Source: a virus
Taxonomy: Duplodnaviria; Caudoviricetes
Length of the DNA: 63,993 bases
Direction: 5' to 3' (one strand)
IMG/VR virus record: IMGVR_UViG_3300020432_000008
Span: 1 to 63,993 of that record
A program made the position numbers and the translations under genes. This document shows positions 17,147-26,900 of this stretch, in pieces. The notes under the pieces were generated by a model that saw only the letters and a list, made by a program, of their open reading frames with translations, was not told the DNA's origin and did no database searches. How positions within the stretch are numbered: position 1 is the first letter of the stretch; the number at the start of each line of letters is the position of its first letter.

Positions 17147-17765
17147 TCTCTTTTCCCCATATTTGTTCTATAAAATCAGAGGGTAAATCGTCTTTTGGTA
17201 CAGGCGTTGTATTAAAACTTACAGTAATCCTATCATCATCTGTATTGTTGACTCTACTGCCATGTTCTAACCACGAAGGAAATAGGTACAGGTGACTTTC
17301 TTTTATAGGCACATCAAAAAAATAATCACCATACAAACTTTTCTTCACAAATTGCATACACATCATATATTGTTGTATCGGCGATACAACATAAAAATTA
17401 CCGCAATCTCCCTCTGGCAATTTTATATAAAATGCACCACTTACCACACTTGATTCATGTCTGTGTCTCTCTGTGTATCCGCCCTTTGGTAGAACATTAT
17501 ACCAAGCACCACTCATCATTGAAGGATAAGTGCCCATTTTATCTGAGTAATGATTGACACATTCTTGGAACACTGCTAATATTTCTCGTGATGCAGGGTC
17601 ATTTAATGGGTCGAAACCACCATGAGAACTCACACCATTTACCGCTAGAGAGTGCCCTCTGTGCATATTGTTTTCTATACTCTGTAATATATGATTTCTG
17701 AACTCATCAATACCAGGCGCTCCTGTGAGGTCATACTCTTCTAATAATGTAGGAAATAAATCCAT
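17133..17765 (-). CDS. 2OG-Fe(II) oxygenase (TIGR02466-like)
   Basis: HRH, VSGAFY, FPSWLEH, RITVSFN. Confidence 0.88.
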   Translation of the reverse strand: MDLFPTLLEEYDLTGAPGIDEFRNHILQSIENNMHRGHSLAVNGVSSHGGFDPLNDPASREILAVFQECVNHYSDKMGTYPSMMSGAWYNVLPKGGYTERHRHESSVVSGAFYIKLPEGDCGNFYVVSPIQQYMMCMQFVKKSLYGDYFFDVPIKESHLYLFPSWLEHGSRVNNTDDDRITVSFNTTPVPKDDLPSDFIEQIWGKENENS

Positions 17766-18287
17766 CTAATTCCACTTACAATAGTCTATGTTAAGAACAA
17801 CTCTTAAATCTGTATCAGTACATGATGTGCCTGCATGAAGCAACTCTCCTGAGAATATCACTGCTCTATTCTCTTTTGATTCTACTTTTTGCCCGTCCTC
17901 AAAATATGTATATCCATTGTTATCATTGAAATATAATACACATATATGATAGTTTGGTATGTCAGTAAACTTGCCTTTATCATCTTGGGGACCTGAAATG
18001 TCAACGTGTAGTGGTTTTTCTTTTATATCTTTTGTCCTTGGCGTAGCATTAAACTTAATCCTATGCAAAGCAAATGGATTAAGTGCAGAGAATACTGGTT
18101 TGATTATACCATAAACATCTGATATTGGTTCAGCGTCTATGTAACACGCATGAGAAAATTGTGGGCAACCATCGCCTTCCATCACAGAGGTAGGCGAATA
18201 GTACCAAGGCATACGCCCACCAAAGATATAATCCTTGATGGGCGTAAAGACCTCTGTAGGTAAGAAGTTATCGTAAACTTCTATCAT
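17766..18287 (-). CDS. 2OG-Fe(II) oxygenase
   Basis: HVD, LYFNDNNGYT, LHAG, RVVLN; start MIEVYDNFL. Confidence 0.85.
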   Translation of the reverse strand: MIEVYDNFLPTEVFTPIKDYIFGGRMPWYYSPTSVMEGDGCPQFSHACYIDAEPISDVYGIIKPVFSALNPFALHRIKFNATPRTKDIKEKPLHVDISGPQDDKGKFTDIPNYHICVLYFNDNNGYTYFEDGQKVESKENRAVIFSGELLHAGTSCTDTDLRVVLNIDYCKWN

Positions 18288-19533
18288 ATTTGTATGAATC
18301 CATAGGTACGAATCTGATTGTTCTCTCAACTGGTATGCCATCTACCTCAGGCATATTCATGTGTTCAAAGAAATCAGTGAATCTGTTGTACATTTTTGCA
18401 CCTTCAGTTCTATTCCATGATTTTTCCGCTTCATCACTTGGGTGGTGTATGACGATAACAATATGTGGTTTAGCAGGGTTCAAGTTGACGTGAGTGATGA
18501 ACTCGGTGTCAAGTTTGTTTGTGTGACCTGATGAAGCAGAATATACTAATGTATTACTGTCTCTTAGATCATCACACTTAGCACTCAAGATTGCCTTATT
18601 GGATTTTAGTTCCCAATTAATACGAACTTTACCCTCAAGACGATTCTTTTCAGTAATATACTGAGACTTCGCCATTTTCTTGATACTGTTCTGTTCACTC
18701 TTAGTTCTAACTAACAAACCTTCAAGAAGTGCAAGGCATCTTGCTGAATCAAAGTCAAACTTTGGGTCTGCAAGTTTGTTCTTAACCAGAGTTTTTACAA
18801 TATCTTTCTTACTGTTTGATGTTTTGTGCTTCTCATCTTCCTTGTTAGCAAGTTTAGATAAGTAATCAATCTCAAGATCAGATAGAGTCTTACCAATATC
18901 ATCAGGCAAGATTGCAACTGGTATGTCAATTACTTTTGAACATTCTGATGCAGCAGTGAGAGTATGGTTTCCGTTGTTCAACTCTCCAAGTATGATGAAT
19001 ATAGGGTCACAGTTGTCTGTGTTACCGCCATTTGCTTCAATCAATCCTTTGATCTTACGAACTGATTTATGATCTAGTTCCTCTGCTCTACCTTGAAATC
19101 TTGGTACATTTACCCAATCCTCAATAGGTTTCTTACCTACATTGAACTCTCCTCTTCTTCTTCTAGCATCAATGTCCATACACTTCTCAATGTCTAGTGA
19201 CTTGTGTGAGAATGAAGGCGAACCATTACTCTGATTGTAATAGTTTGGATTGTTTCTTGCATCTACCTCAGAGAGTAGAGCGTGTTCAGCGTCTTGCATT
19301 TGTTTGTATGTTCCGTATTGTAGTATTTTGAATATTAAAACAGGTTCTGACCCCGCCATTACTTTTCTAAACTCAGGATTCTTTGAACTCTCAAGATAAG
19401 TGTCCTCAGGCAATCCTAAGTGAATACCAACATACTTCATCATGTTCACGATATTGGTGTACTCATAGAGATACGCCACACCGCTTCCTTTGAGTGGTAT
19501 GTATTCTTTAATGGCAGGCGGAAATTGTTTCAT
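18268..19533 (-). CDS. GIY-YIG-like N-terminal domain fused to ParB/Srx-like domain
   Basis: AYLYEYTNIVNMMKYVG...E..LL...YYN; then QGR...DPIFI...NGNHTLTAA...IPVAIL. Confidence 0.6.
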   Translation of the reverse strand: MKQFPPAIKEYIPLKGSGVAYLYEYTNIVNMMKYVGIHLGLPEDTYLESSKNPEFRKVMAGSEPVLIFKILQYGTYKQMQDAEHALLSEVDARNNPNYYNQSNGSPSFSHKSLDIEKCMDIDARRRRGEFNVGKKPIEDWVNVPRFQGRAEELDHKSVRKIKGLIEANGGNTDNCDPIFIILGELNNGNHTLTAASECSKVIDIPVAILPDDIGKTLSDLEIDYLSKLANKEDEKHKTSNSKKDIVKTLVKNKLADPKFDFDSARCLALLEGLLVRTKSEQNSIKKMAKSQYITEKNRLEGKVRINWELKSNKAILSAKCDDLRDSNTLVYSASSGHTNKLDTEFITHVNLNPAKPHIVIVIHHPSDEAEKSWNRTEGAKMYNRFTDFFEHMNMPEVDGIPVERTIRFVPMDSYKYDRSLR

Positions 19534-19539
19534 GCACCC

Positions 19540-19568
19540 ATTCTAACATGATCTTTATTGTATGTCAA
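19540..19568 (-). promoter_or_regulatory. sigma70 promoter giving a leaderless mRNA
   Basis: TTGACA-N17-TAGAAT, ATG 6 nt after the -10. Confidence 0.7.
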
Positions 19569-19906
19569 CCCTATTCCACAAATAAATGTCCACATTGGGG
19601 GCAGCAGTGTACAGTTTTTGTACTGTACATCTGTTTGTATAGTCTTGGGTTTGATTTTTTGATAATTAAATCGTCAAGTTTCTTTACTTGCTTTCTCATT
19701 TTCTAAGATTTGAAGCATTTCTAAAGCGCCTTGTACCTTTAGAAACTCCTCTTTCTTGAGTTCAAAGGTTTTACTCAACTCTTGTATCTCTACCTGTAGA
19801 TCGTTCGCTCTCTTAGTCAGATCTTCTTTATGACTCATAATTTTAATGCACTCACTCTATATATCATACCATAATAAATAGAATTGGCAAGGTATCACTA
19901 CAAAGA

Positions 19907-21481
19907 ATGGCATATTCTGACTATGAAATAGAAACCAATCCAGAACTGCAAAGAACCGAGATTAATCCAACTGTAAGAAATGTCATGTGCAAGCGTGATG
20001 TTATCTACAAGACTCTTGCAACTGTTGGAGACTTCTATTGTCGCATTTGGTACTATAACGATAATTACGATCCTTCTAGAACCACTGAGGGTACAAAGAG
20101 AATCCATATTGTGCCTACTGAGGAATCATTTATAACTGAACATCTAGAAATTAATGAGTGGTTGAACCTAGCAAATGATTATTGGTCTGAGGGCGTAGTA
20201 TTTGTTAATCCTATTATAAGAAGAAATGGCGTTAAGTTCAATGTCAATGCTGATCTAAAAGATTGTGTAAAATATATGTCAGGTGTGGCATCACACTACG
20301 AGGCAGATAAGGATAAGATCATAGCGATTGATCTAGAAGATAACCAAGCGATGTATGATATGAATTACGATCTTACATCATCAAAAGTTTTTTCAGATGT
20401 GTCAAATAATTTTTACAGTGATTTCACAAGTGGTCCTGTTGGTAATGGAAGTCTAAGTATAAGTAAGACCACAGAATTTGTTAGTGGCGAAATTAAGTTG
20501 AGTCAAATCAACTCCAAATACAGTGCTGGTAATAGTCTTGGTAATTACTATAGAGGACAAGGCGTTGCAGATATATCTGATAATAATAATGTTCCTACCA
20601 GTGGTGCAATATCATTTAGCGATCTAAGAAGCACTGTAAGTAAACTTACTGCTGATTGCAATGGAAATTGGATGCACTGTCAGGCAAGATATGAAGTATT
20701 TGGTAATCAAGAGTGGACTTCAAACATAACTAAACAAATCAATCTTAATGGTCACTTCGGAGGTAACTCTGATCTAAGTCCAGCAGTAAGATTCAATAGT
20801 GGTGGTAACGGTAATATCATTGCTTATGTTACCAGTGCAGTTGGCAATCCTCGTGTCAGAGGTTACTCTGGAGAAGGTGGAGGTGGCGGAGGCAATAACG
20901 GAAAGGCAGGCGGAAGAGCAATGGTAGTAAGTTCTCCAATATTCATGCCCACTTCACAAAAAGATTCAAGAGTCCGTGGCGCAGGCGGTGGCGGCGGAGG
21001 CGGCGGCAATGGCGGCAAAGGTGGCGGTGGTGGTCACGCTGGTGGAAGAAGATGTAGTGGTTGGTTCTGTAATAGTTCTTATCGTGTCTGTTCAAACAAT
21101 GGAGGAGCAGGCGGTAATGGAGGCAGCGGAGGCCAAGGTGGTAGAGGAGCGGGATATTACTGGAATGGAAACAATGCCTTTATTGATATTCAAACTGCAA
21201 GTAGTAGGAATGGTTCAGGCGGTAGTGGCGGTCAAGGAGGAAGCAATAGAGGAGGCGGCCAAGGTGGCGCTGGCGGTGGCGGAGGTCAAGGCGGCGCATT
21301 TGAATCAAATGGTCAAGGCGGAGGCCAAGGTGGTACAGGAACTCAAGGCGCTGGAGATCAACAGGGTTGTGGATACCATTCCTCTGGTAGAAATGGGCAA
21401 GGAGGCCAAGGTGGCGGAGGTGCTGGTGGTAATAATGGTAAAATTCAGTTTGGCGGTAGCGGTAGTATATCTAATATCTAA
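19907..21481 (+). CDS. glycine-rich tail fibre adhesin (gp38-like C-terminal half)
   Basis: SGEIKLSQI...SLGNYYRG...VPTSGAISFSDL then repeated poly-Gly segments; ATAAATA late promoter at ~19874. Confidence 0.7.
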   Translation: MAYSDYEIETNPELQRTEINPTVRNVMCKRDVIYKTLATVGDFYCRIWYYNDNYDPSRTTEGTKRIHIVPTEESFITEHLEINEWLNLANDYWSEGVVFVNPIIRRNGVKFNVNADLKDCVKYMSGVASHYEADKDKIIAIDLEDNQAMYDMNYDLTSSKVFSDVSNNFYSDFTSGPVGNGSLSISKTTEFVSGEIKLSQINSKYSAGNSLGNYYRGQGVADISDNNNVPTSGAISFSDLRSTVSKLTADCNGNWMHCQARYEVFGNQEWTSNITKQINLNGHFGGNSDLSPAVRFNSGGNGNIIAYVTSAVGNPRVRGYSGEGGGGGGNNGKAGGRAMVVSSPIFMPTSQKDSRVRGAGGGGGGGGNGGKGGGGGHAGGRRCSGWFCNSSYRVCSNNGGAGGNGGSGGQGGRGAGYYWNGNNAFIDIQTASSRNGSGGSGGQGGSNRGGGQGGAGGGGGQGGAFESNGQGGGQGGTGTQGAGDQQGCGYHSSGRNGQGGQGGGGAGGNNGKIQFGGSGSISNI

Positions 21482-22437
21482 TCTAAACCATATACTAATT
21501 CAGTTTTAGTTCCTTCTGAATTGGCAGTTATTATTGTAGCACCATGAACTGCGGAAGGTAACTGTTCCCATGTAGATATTTCATCTACCCATGAGTCTGG
21601 CATCCATAAGAATGTCTTAGCGTTACTGGATATTGATGCTACAGATGAATTATGAGATTCAAGTCTCTGTGAATATGTTACCCAATTATCTTGAGCAGTT
21701 GTTCCCTCTGGGGCATCTTTGGCAAACTGTGTTGATAAAGAGTAACCTAAATTCTTAACTAAACCTGTTTCATTGAACTCTATTACTATCTCTATCAAAT
21801 TATTTTCCTGATCCACTGCCAATTCATCTACGCAATCGGTTACACCTTTTATATTAATATATGTCTTGGTATTTGATCTAGTGCCAAGATATTTTAATAT
21901 GTCCTCTGATATATTCATATCCGTTTTTATCAGACCTATTCTAATATTCTTATTGACTCTGCTAACATTAGCACTACTAATACTATAGTTCTCTATGTCA
22001 GCATCAAATAACTCTAATAGTTCCTTTAAAGATGAAGTATCAGTATTCCCTGTGGCCTCTGTTGCTAATTGACATAATCCTTCTATACTCGGAGCAAACA
22101 ATGCAGGCGGGTCAAATGATAGCAACTCCTCTACCATCACTCCATTTTTAAAGTATATAAATTTATATTTGTTCAGATATTTAAACAACACATTAGTTCC
22201 TATATGTCCATCAAAATACTGATACTGTTCTATGCCTGTTGGTACTTGAAACTTAAATCCATACTTTGTTGTATCTGATTCACTTTTTATTAATCCCATA
22301 CCTTGATTCATACCAACAGAGAATAAATCAGGATATATCTCTACAATACTCTTTACCGCTTCAATATCCTCTGAATTGAATAGAGTAGGATACTGTCCAG
22401 AATTTGATATGTTAGTTAGGTTTTCTATGTCAACCAT
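21478..22437 (-). CDS. hypothetical protein
   Basis: long ORF; start MVDIENL after AAGGA RBS. Confidence 0.75.
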   Translation of the reverse strand: MVDIENLTNISNSGQYPTLFNSEDIEAVKSIVEIYPDLFSVGMNQGMGLIKSESDTTKYGFKFQVPTGIEQYQYFDGHIGTNVLFKYLNKYKFIYFKNGVMVEELLSFDPPALFAPSIEGLCQLATEATGNTDTSSLKELLELFDADIENYSISSANVSRVNKNIRIGLIKTDMNISEDILKYLGTRSNTKTYINIKGVTDCVDELAVDQENNLIEIVIEFNETGLVKNLGYSLSTQFAKDAPEGTTAQDNWVTYSQRLESHNSSVASISSNAKTFLWMPDSWVDEISTWEQLPSAVHGATIITANSEGTKTELVYGLD

Positions 22438-23012
22438 TCTTTTCCTTTTTCGTAACTGAACCAAGTGATAACTGAGTATCTCTCGCCCTTAGTCACAGGT
22501 GTGACTTCATGTTTAAACAAGTGATTACTTGGATATACATGAGCAGAGTTGCCTCCTGAGAGAATATTATATTTTCCCCAAAATGTGATCCAACCGCCTT
22601 CATAATCATCATTAATAGTATAAGATGCAGTTACTGAACCAGCATCAGCATCAACATCTGCATGAGGAGAAAGATAACCGCCCTCTGGATATTTACATAA
22701 CCAGTATCCAGAGTATTTATCGTAGATAGGGTCTTTTGGTAAAGTATTTCCATAATGTTCATATATGCTAGGCATTAATCTAATATGTGCCTTATGAATT
22801 AAATCAAATATCTCCCCATGTTCGGGTTCTATGAGCATCTGCGACCTGTATCCTTTGAGATCATAATATGAACTAGGAGGAGGATTGCCTGGTTCAGGCC
22901 AATCTAATCCTTCAACGAGTTCGAGCAATCTTCTATGATCGAGTGTAGGAAGAACATTCCCAGAATGAAGGATATAGTGAAATAATTGATTTGTTTCATT
23001 CAGCATTGACAT
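22425..23012 (-). CDS. 2OG-Fe(II) oxygenase (prolyl-4-hydroxylase-like)
   Basis: HAD, NDDYEGG, HEVTPVTKGERYS. Confidence 0.9.
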   Translation of the reverse strand: MSMLNETNQLFHYILHSGNVLPTLDHRRLLELVEGLDWPEPGNPPPSSYYDLKGYRSQMLIEPEHGEIFDLIHKAHIRLMPSIYEHYGNTLPKDPIYDKYSGYWLCKYPEGGYLSPHADVDADAGSVTASYTINDDYEGGWITFWGKYNILSGGNSAHVYPSNHLFKHEVTPVTKGERYSVITWFSYEKGKEWLT

Positions 23013-23763
23013 CTACATTGAGCGAAGGAGCAAAGACAAATCCAGATAATGATATTCTAGGATCATCTTTATACCAACCATTTTTCATTATAGCACTGTG
23101 CCACATAAAAGAAGGGTATATAATCATTCTATTGAATTTCATTTGAACATGATGTTGTTCTTCCCATACCTCTTCAATAAGAGTTGTGTCATTATCTATT
23201 AGGTCAGTTGCCTTATTGGAGAAATCATAGATCCATTCTTTAAGATTCCAATACTCTTGGGTTCTTTTGAATGGTTTGTATATGTTCTCTGTATTAGTTA
23301 GTCCAGTTGCACTATGGGTGAAAAATGAAGTTCCGCCTTCACCTTCTTCATTCAGATATAATACTGTGGCATATATTGCTGGGTCTATGTGTGGTTGTAT
23401 AGAGATTCTAGGAACTTTCCTGTCGCTATACATGGCATTGACTTGATATAATAGTTTTACTGCGTCTGGATCAATGTTTTGAAAGTCTGTACACCTTTGT
23501 ATCATGTGTCCAGTCAGTTTAGATAGTTCTGCTAGGTCAAGATGTACATTTGATTGGTAGCCTGGAAATACCTCGTCTGGATCGCCTTTTCCCAATTCAT
23601 TATATTGCATAGGAATTTTCTCCACCACCTCACTTATGAAGTCATGTGGATTCTCCAATACATCATCAATGACAATGATCGGGTGTTCTTCTAGTCTGTG
23701 AATGTCATATTTTAGTTCATCATTGACTCTATGAGTCTTTTCATCAATAATATTCAAATTCAT
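22996..23763 (-). CDS. DUF6445-like 2OG-Fe(II) oxygenase
   Basis: PHID, VLYLN, GGTSFF, FNRMIIYP, WHSA. Confidence 0.8.
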   Translation of the reverse strand: MNLNIIDEKTHRVNDELKYDIHRLEEHPIIVIDDVLENPHDFISEVVEKIPMQYNELGKGDPDEVFPGYQSNVHLDLAELSKLTGHMIQRCTDFQNIDPDAVKLLYQVNAMYSDRKVPRISIQPHIDPAIYATVLYLNEEGEGGTSFFTHSATGLTNTENIYKPFKRTQEYWNLKEWIYDFSNKATDLIDNDTTLIEEVWEEQHHVQMKFNRMIIYPSFMWHSAIMKNGWYKDDPRISLSGFVFAPSLNVDVNAE

Positions 23764-23767
23764 GTTG

Positions 23768-23977
23768 TTATAACTCTAGGTTGTATTCAGCAATCATACC
23801 AAACATCTTACTCTGTATATGTTCTAGATAGGATTTATTGACTGGCGGTATGTCATCAAATTTATCAAGATACTCGGTGATTGTGTGGTGAAGTATTCTC
23901 ACCTCTTCAATCCCCATTATTGCTTCGCAATGCCAGTCTCCATCTTGAAACTGCTGGGGTTCGTATCTATCCTCCAT
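23768..23977 (-). CDS. hypothetical protein
   Basis: GAGGA RBS, operon context. Confidence 0.7.
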   Translation of the reverse strand: MEDRYEPQQFQDGDWHCEAIMGIEEVRILHHTITEYLDKFDDIPPVNKSYLEHIQSKMFGMIAEYNLEL

Positions 23978-26900
23978 TTTTCAGTTCCTCAATCTCATCT
24001 TTAAGTTCTTTGACAGCCTCTATGAGTAGAGGTACAAGTTTGTCGTATTGTACTGTCATGTATCCTTTACCTACAGCAGCTGGTTTAACAGCCTCAGGTA
24101 ATACTTCTTTAACCTGTTGTGCAGATACACCAGCATACCTTGTTTCAGTATCAAATCCTAGTTCACCAGCAGTTTCATTGAATGAATATGTAAATCCACT
24201 TAACTTACATACCTTAGCAATAGCACCATCAATCTGTTCTAGACTTGTTTTCAACCTCATGTCAGATACGAAGGCAGTAACATCTCCAGTGGTATTGAAG
24301 TTTCCAGTTTGATTGATGTCAGCAGTAACTTCAACTGAATTGTTATCTGCATCTAATTTTAATGCTCCTGACGTAGTATCAATCTTGTTATCTTTGATTC
24401 TTACATTGTCAGTTCTGAACACACCATTACATACAAGATCATTGTTAAATGTACCTGTGCTAGCGTTACAATCGAAGTCTGATGAGGCAGTAATTGAATT
24501 TACAGTCAGTCTAGTTCCATTGAATGTAAGATTAGCTGACGATGTGGTGCTGTTGTTTGAATTATTGTAAGGAACTCTACCACTAGGGATTTGAATGTTA
24601 GAGGCAAGTGTGGAAGTTGCAGCATTACCAGCAAAATTAGTTCCAGTTGCGGCAGTAAATGTACCTGTAACCTCAAGGTTGTTGATTTCGTTATTACCAC
24701 CAATAGTCGCATTATTACCTGTGATCGCAGTAGGGAAAGCACCTGTACCGCCTTGGAATAATGTCGCAGTGATAACATTGACCTTTGTACTACCATTGGA
24801 GTCTCTGGCAACAATAGAAGAACCGCTTGTCCAGTTGGTATCTTTAGTTGTCTTACCATCAAGTAAGTCAGCGTTCAAGTTTACACACTTGGCACTAGAT
24901 GATGTCTTGATAGGTGGAACAGTTGTTGCAGTTGATTCAAACTGGAATGATTTAATCTGTCCAGCAGAACCAGCATCAATAGTCATGTTACCACCATTAC
25001 CAGCACTCAATGCTGTAATGATACCAACGTTTGCACGAATGGTTGGGGCAGTAAGTCCATTACTGCCTTGTGGCATGTTGATTCTCTCTATCGTTGCAGC
25101 AAAACCAACAATACAAGTGTAGATACCAGCGTTAGCAAAGATAGTTAATTGTTCTGCCTCATTACCTGGCGATGCAGGGTACTTACTACCAATCTGTCTG
25201 GTAGTCATAGCATCAGAGTCTACATCATTAGAGAAGTATGCGTCAGGACCTATGAGGTCATCAGTAAATGTGATGTCTGTAGACGTAAGTTGAGCAATGT
25301 TTGCAAGTTCAATATCTGCGTTACCACCACCAGCAGAAGGAACTGTTAGATTAGTAATGGTTGCGTTTGTGACTGTCTCATTGGCAATCGTAGCACTGTT
25401 TGTTACTTGTAAGTTAGTAACAATACCTGTAAATACTCTATTTTCATTGACATATTGTGTTGTAACATGAGATAGAGTTGTAATACCAATATCAGCATAC
25501 AGTCCGTTAGTTACAACACCGACTGTAACGTGTAGGTCAGTAACGAAACCAACCTTTGCGTATAACTGATTTGATGCCTCAAGAATACCAAATGAACCGT
25601 TGGAAGCATTAACAAATGTACCATTGAATGTACCACCTGTACTTTCAAGGTTTCCAACTTTAAGTGTACCAGTGAATGTACTTACACCAGCGAATGTGGA
25701 CTTCATAGGTCCTTCAACCACTATCTGTGATGCTGGTTTGAATGTTACATAAGTACCAACAGTCTCTATGTTATACAGTCTGGAAGTACCATTCTCATGT
25801 ACCTGTGTGTAGTAACCATGATCTTCCCAAGGGATTCCATCATAGGATATACCACCTGTAGTGTTGTATCCCCAGAAGTTAGCGTTCTGCTTAATTACTA
25901 GAGTATCATAAGAGACACCTTTGAATGTCTGGTTAGCCTGAAATGTAACCATACCAGATACAAATAGGTCTTTTATCTTGGCAACACCATTGACCTCAAG
26001 AGCATCTTGGAAAGCAAAGTTTTGTGTGGATTGTCCAATACCAATCTGATCAAACTTAGCGAACTGTCTGTCTCTCTCCTGTGATATGACACCAAATCTT
26101 CTCCATTCACCCTCTGCAAAAATATGTCCTAAGTATCCACCAGGCGCAGGCACACCAACAAATGATATGTCACCTGATCTAGCAGCACTTGTAGGAGTAG
26201 AGATACCAACTGTTATGATCTTACCCTGTGGGGCATCTCCTCTAAGTGAGAAGTTTACAGTTTCAATACCTTCTTCAGATGTGTTTGTTAGTTTCTCAGT
26301 GAAGTTGACAGGACCATAGAACTGTGATGTTCTATTGTTGTTGTCTCCACCCTCAACTGTAAGTGACTCTCTAATTAATACCTCATCAAATACACCTGAT
26401 GCTCTCTTGATTGTTTCTGCCTCAGCATCGTCACCAACATAGGTGAACACTGGAGCTTCGAGAACTTCCTCTTCACCAGTGATAGATGATAACTTCTTAT
26501 ATCCTGTAAAGAAGTCTCCTGAGTCGTTCATACCAGTATAAACAACTGTACCACCATCTAGCTCTTTCTTCTGTGCAGTCAGTGATTCAGTATCAGATAG
26601 AACTCTGTCCTGTTTCTGTGGTAATGATGTGGAGTAGTTTCCTGATCCATAACCAAGATATTCAAACGTATGACCAGAGGCACGAAGGATCGAAGGTCTG
26701 CGTAATTCCATAGGAAGAACCTTGATCTTCTTAATCGTAGTTCCTGTGATTGCAGGCGATGCCAGAGTACCAAACTGACCTCTAAGAATGTTATTAATAT
26801 TATCAGAGGTGAATCTTACAACTTCACCATTGATTATACAATAGTCTCCTCTTCTAAATCCATCATTAGATGTAAGAGTGATATTTGTATCTGTAGATGT

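Noticed and set aside
20976-21509. Overlapping Ala/Val/Glu-rich 177-aa ORF
   Set aside because: Alternative frame of GGN glycine codons in the adhesin gene
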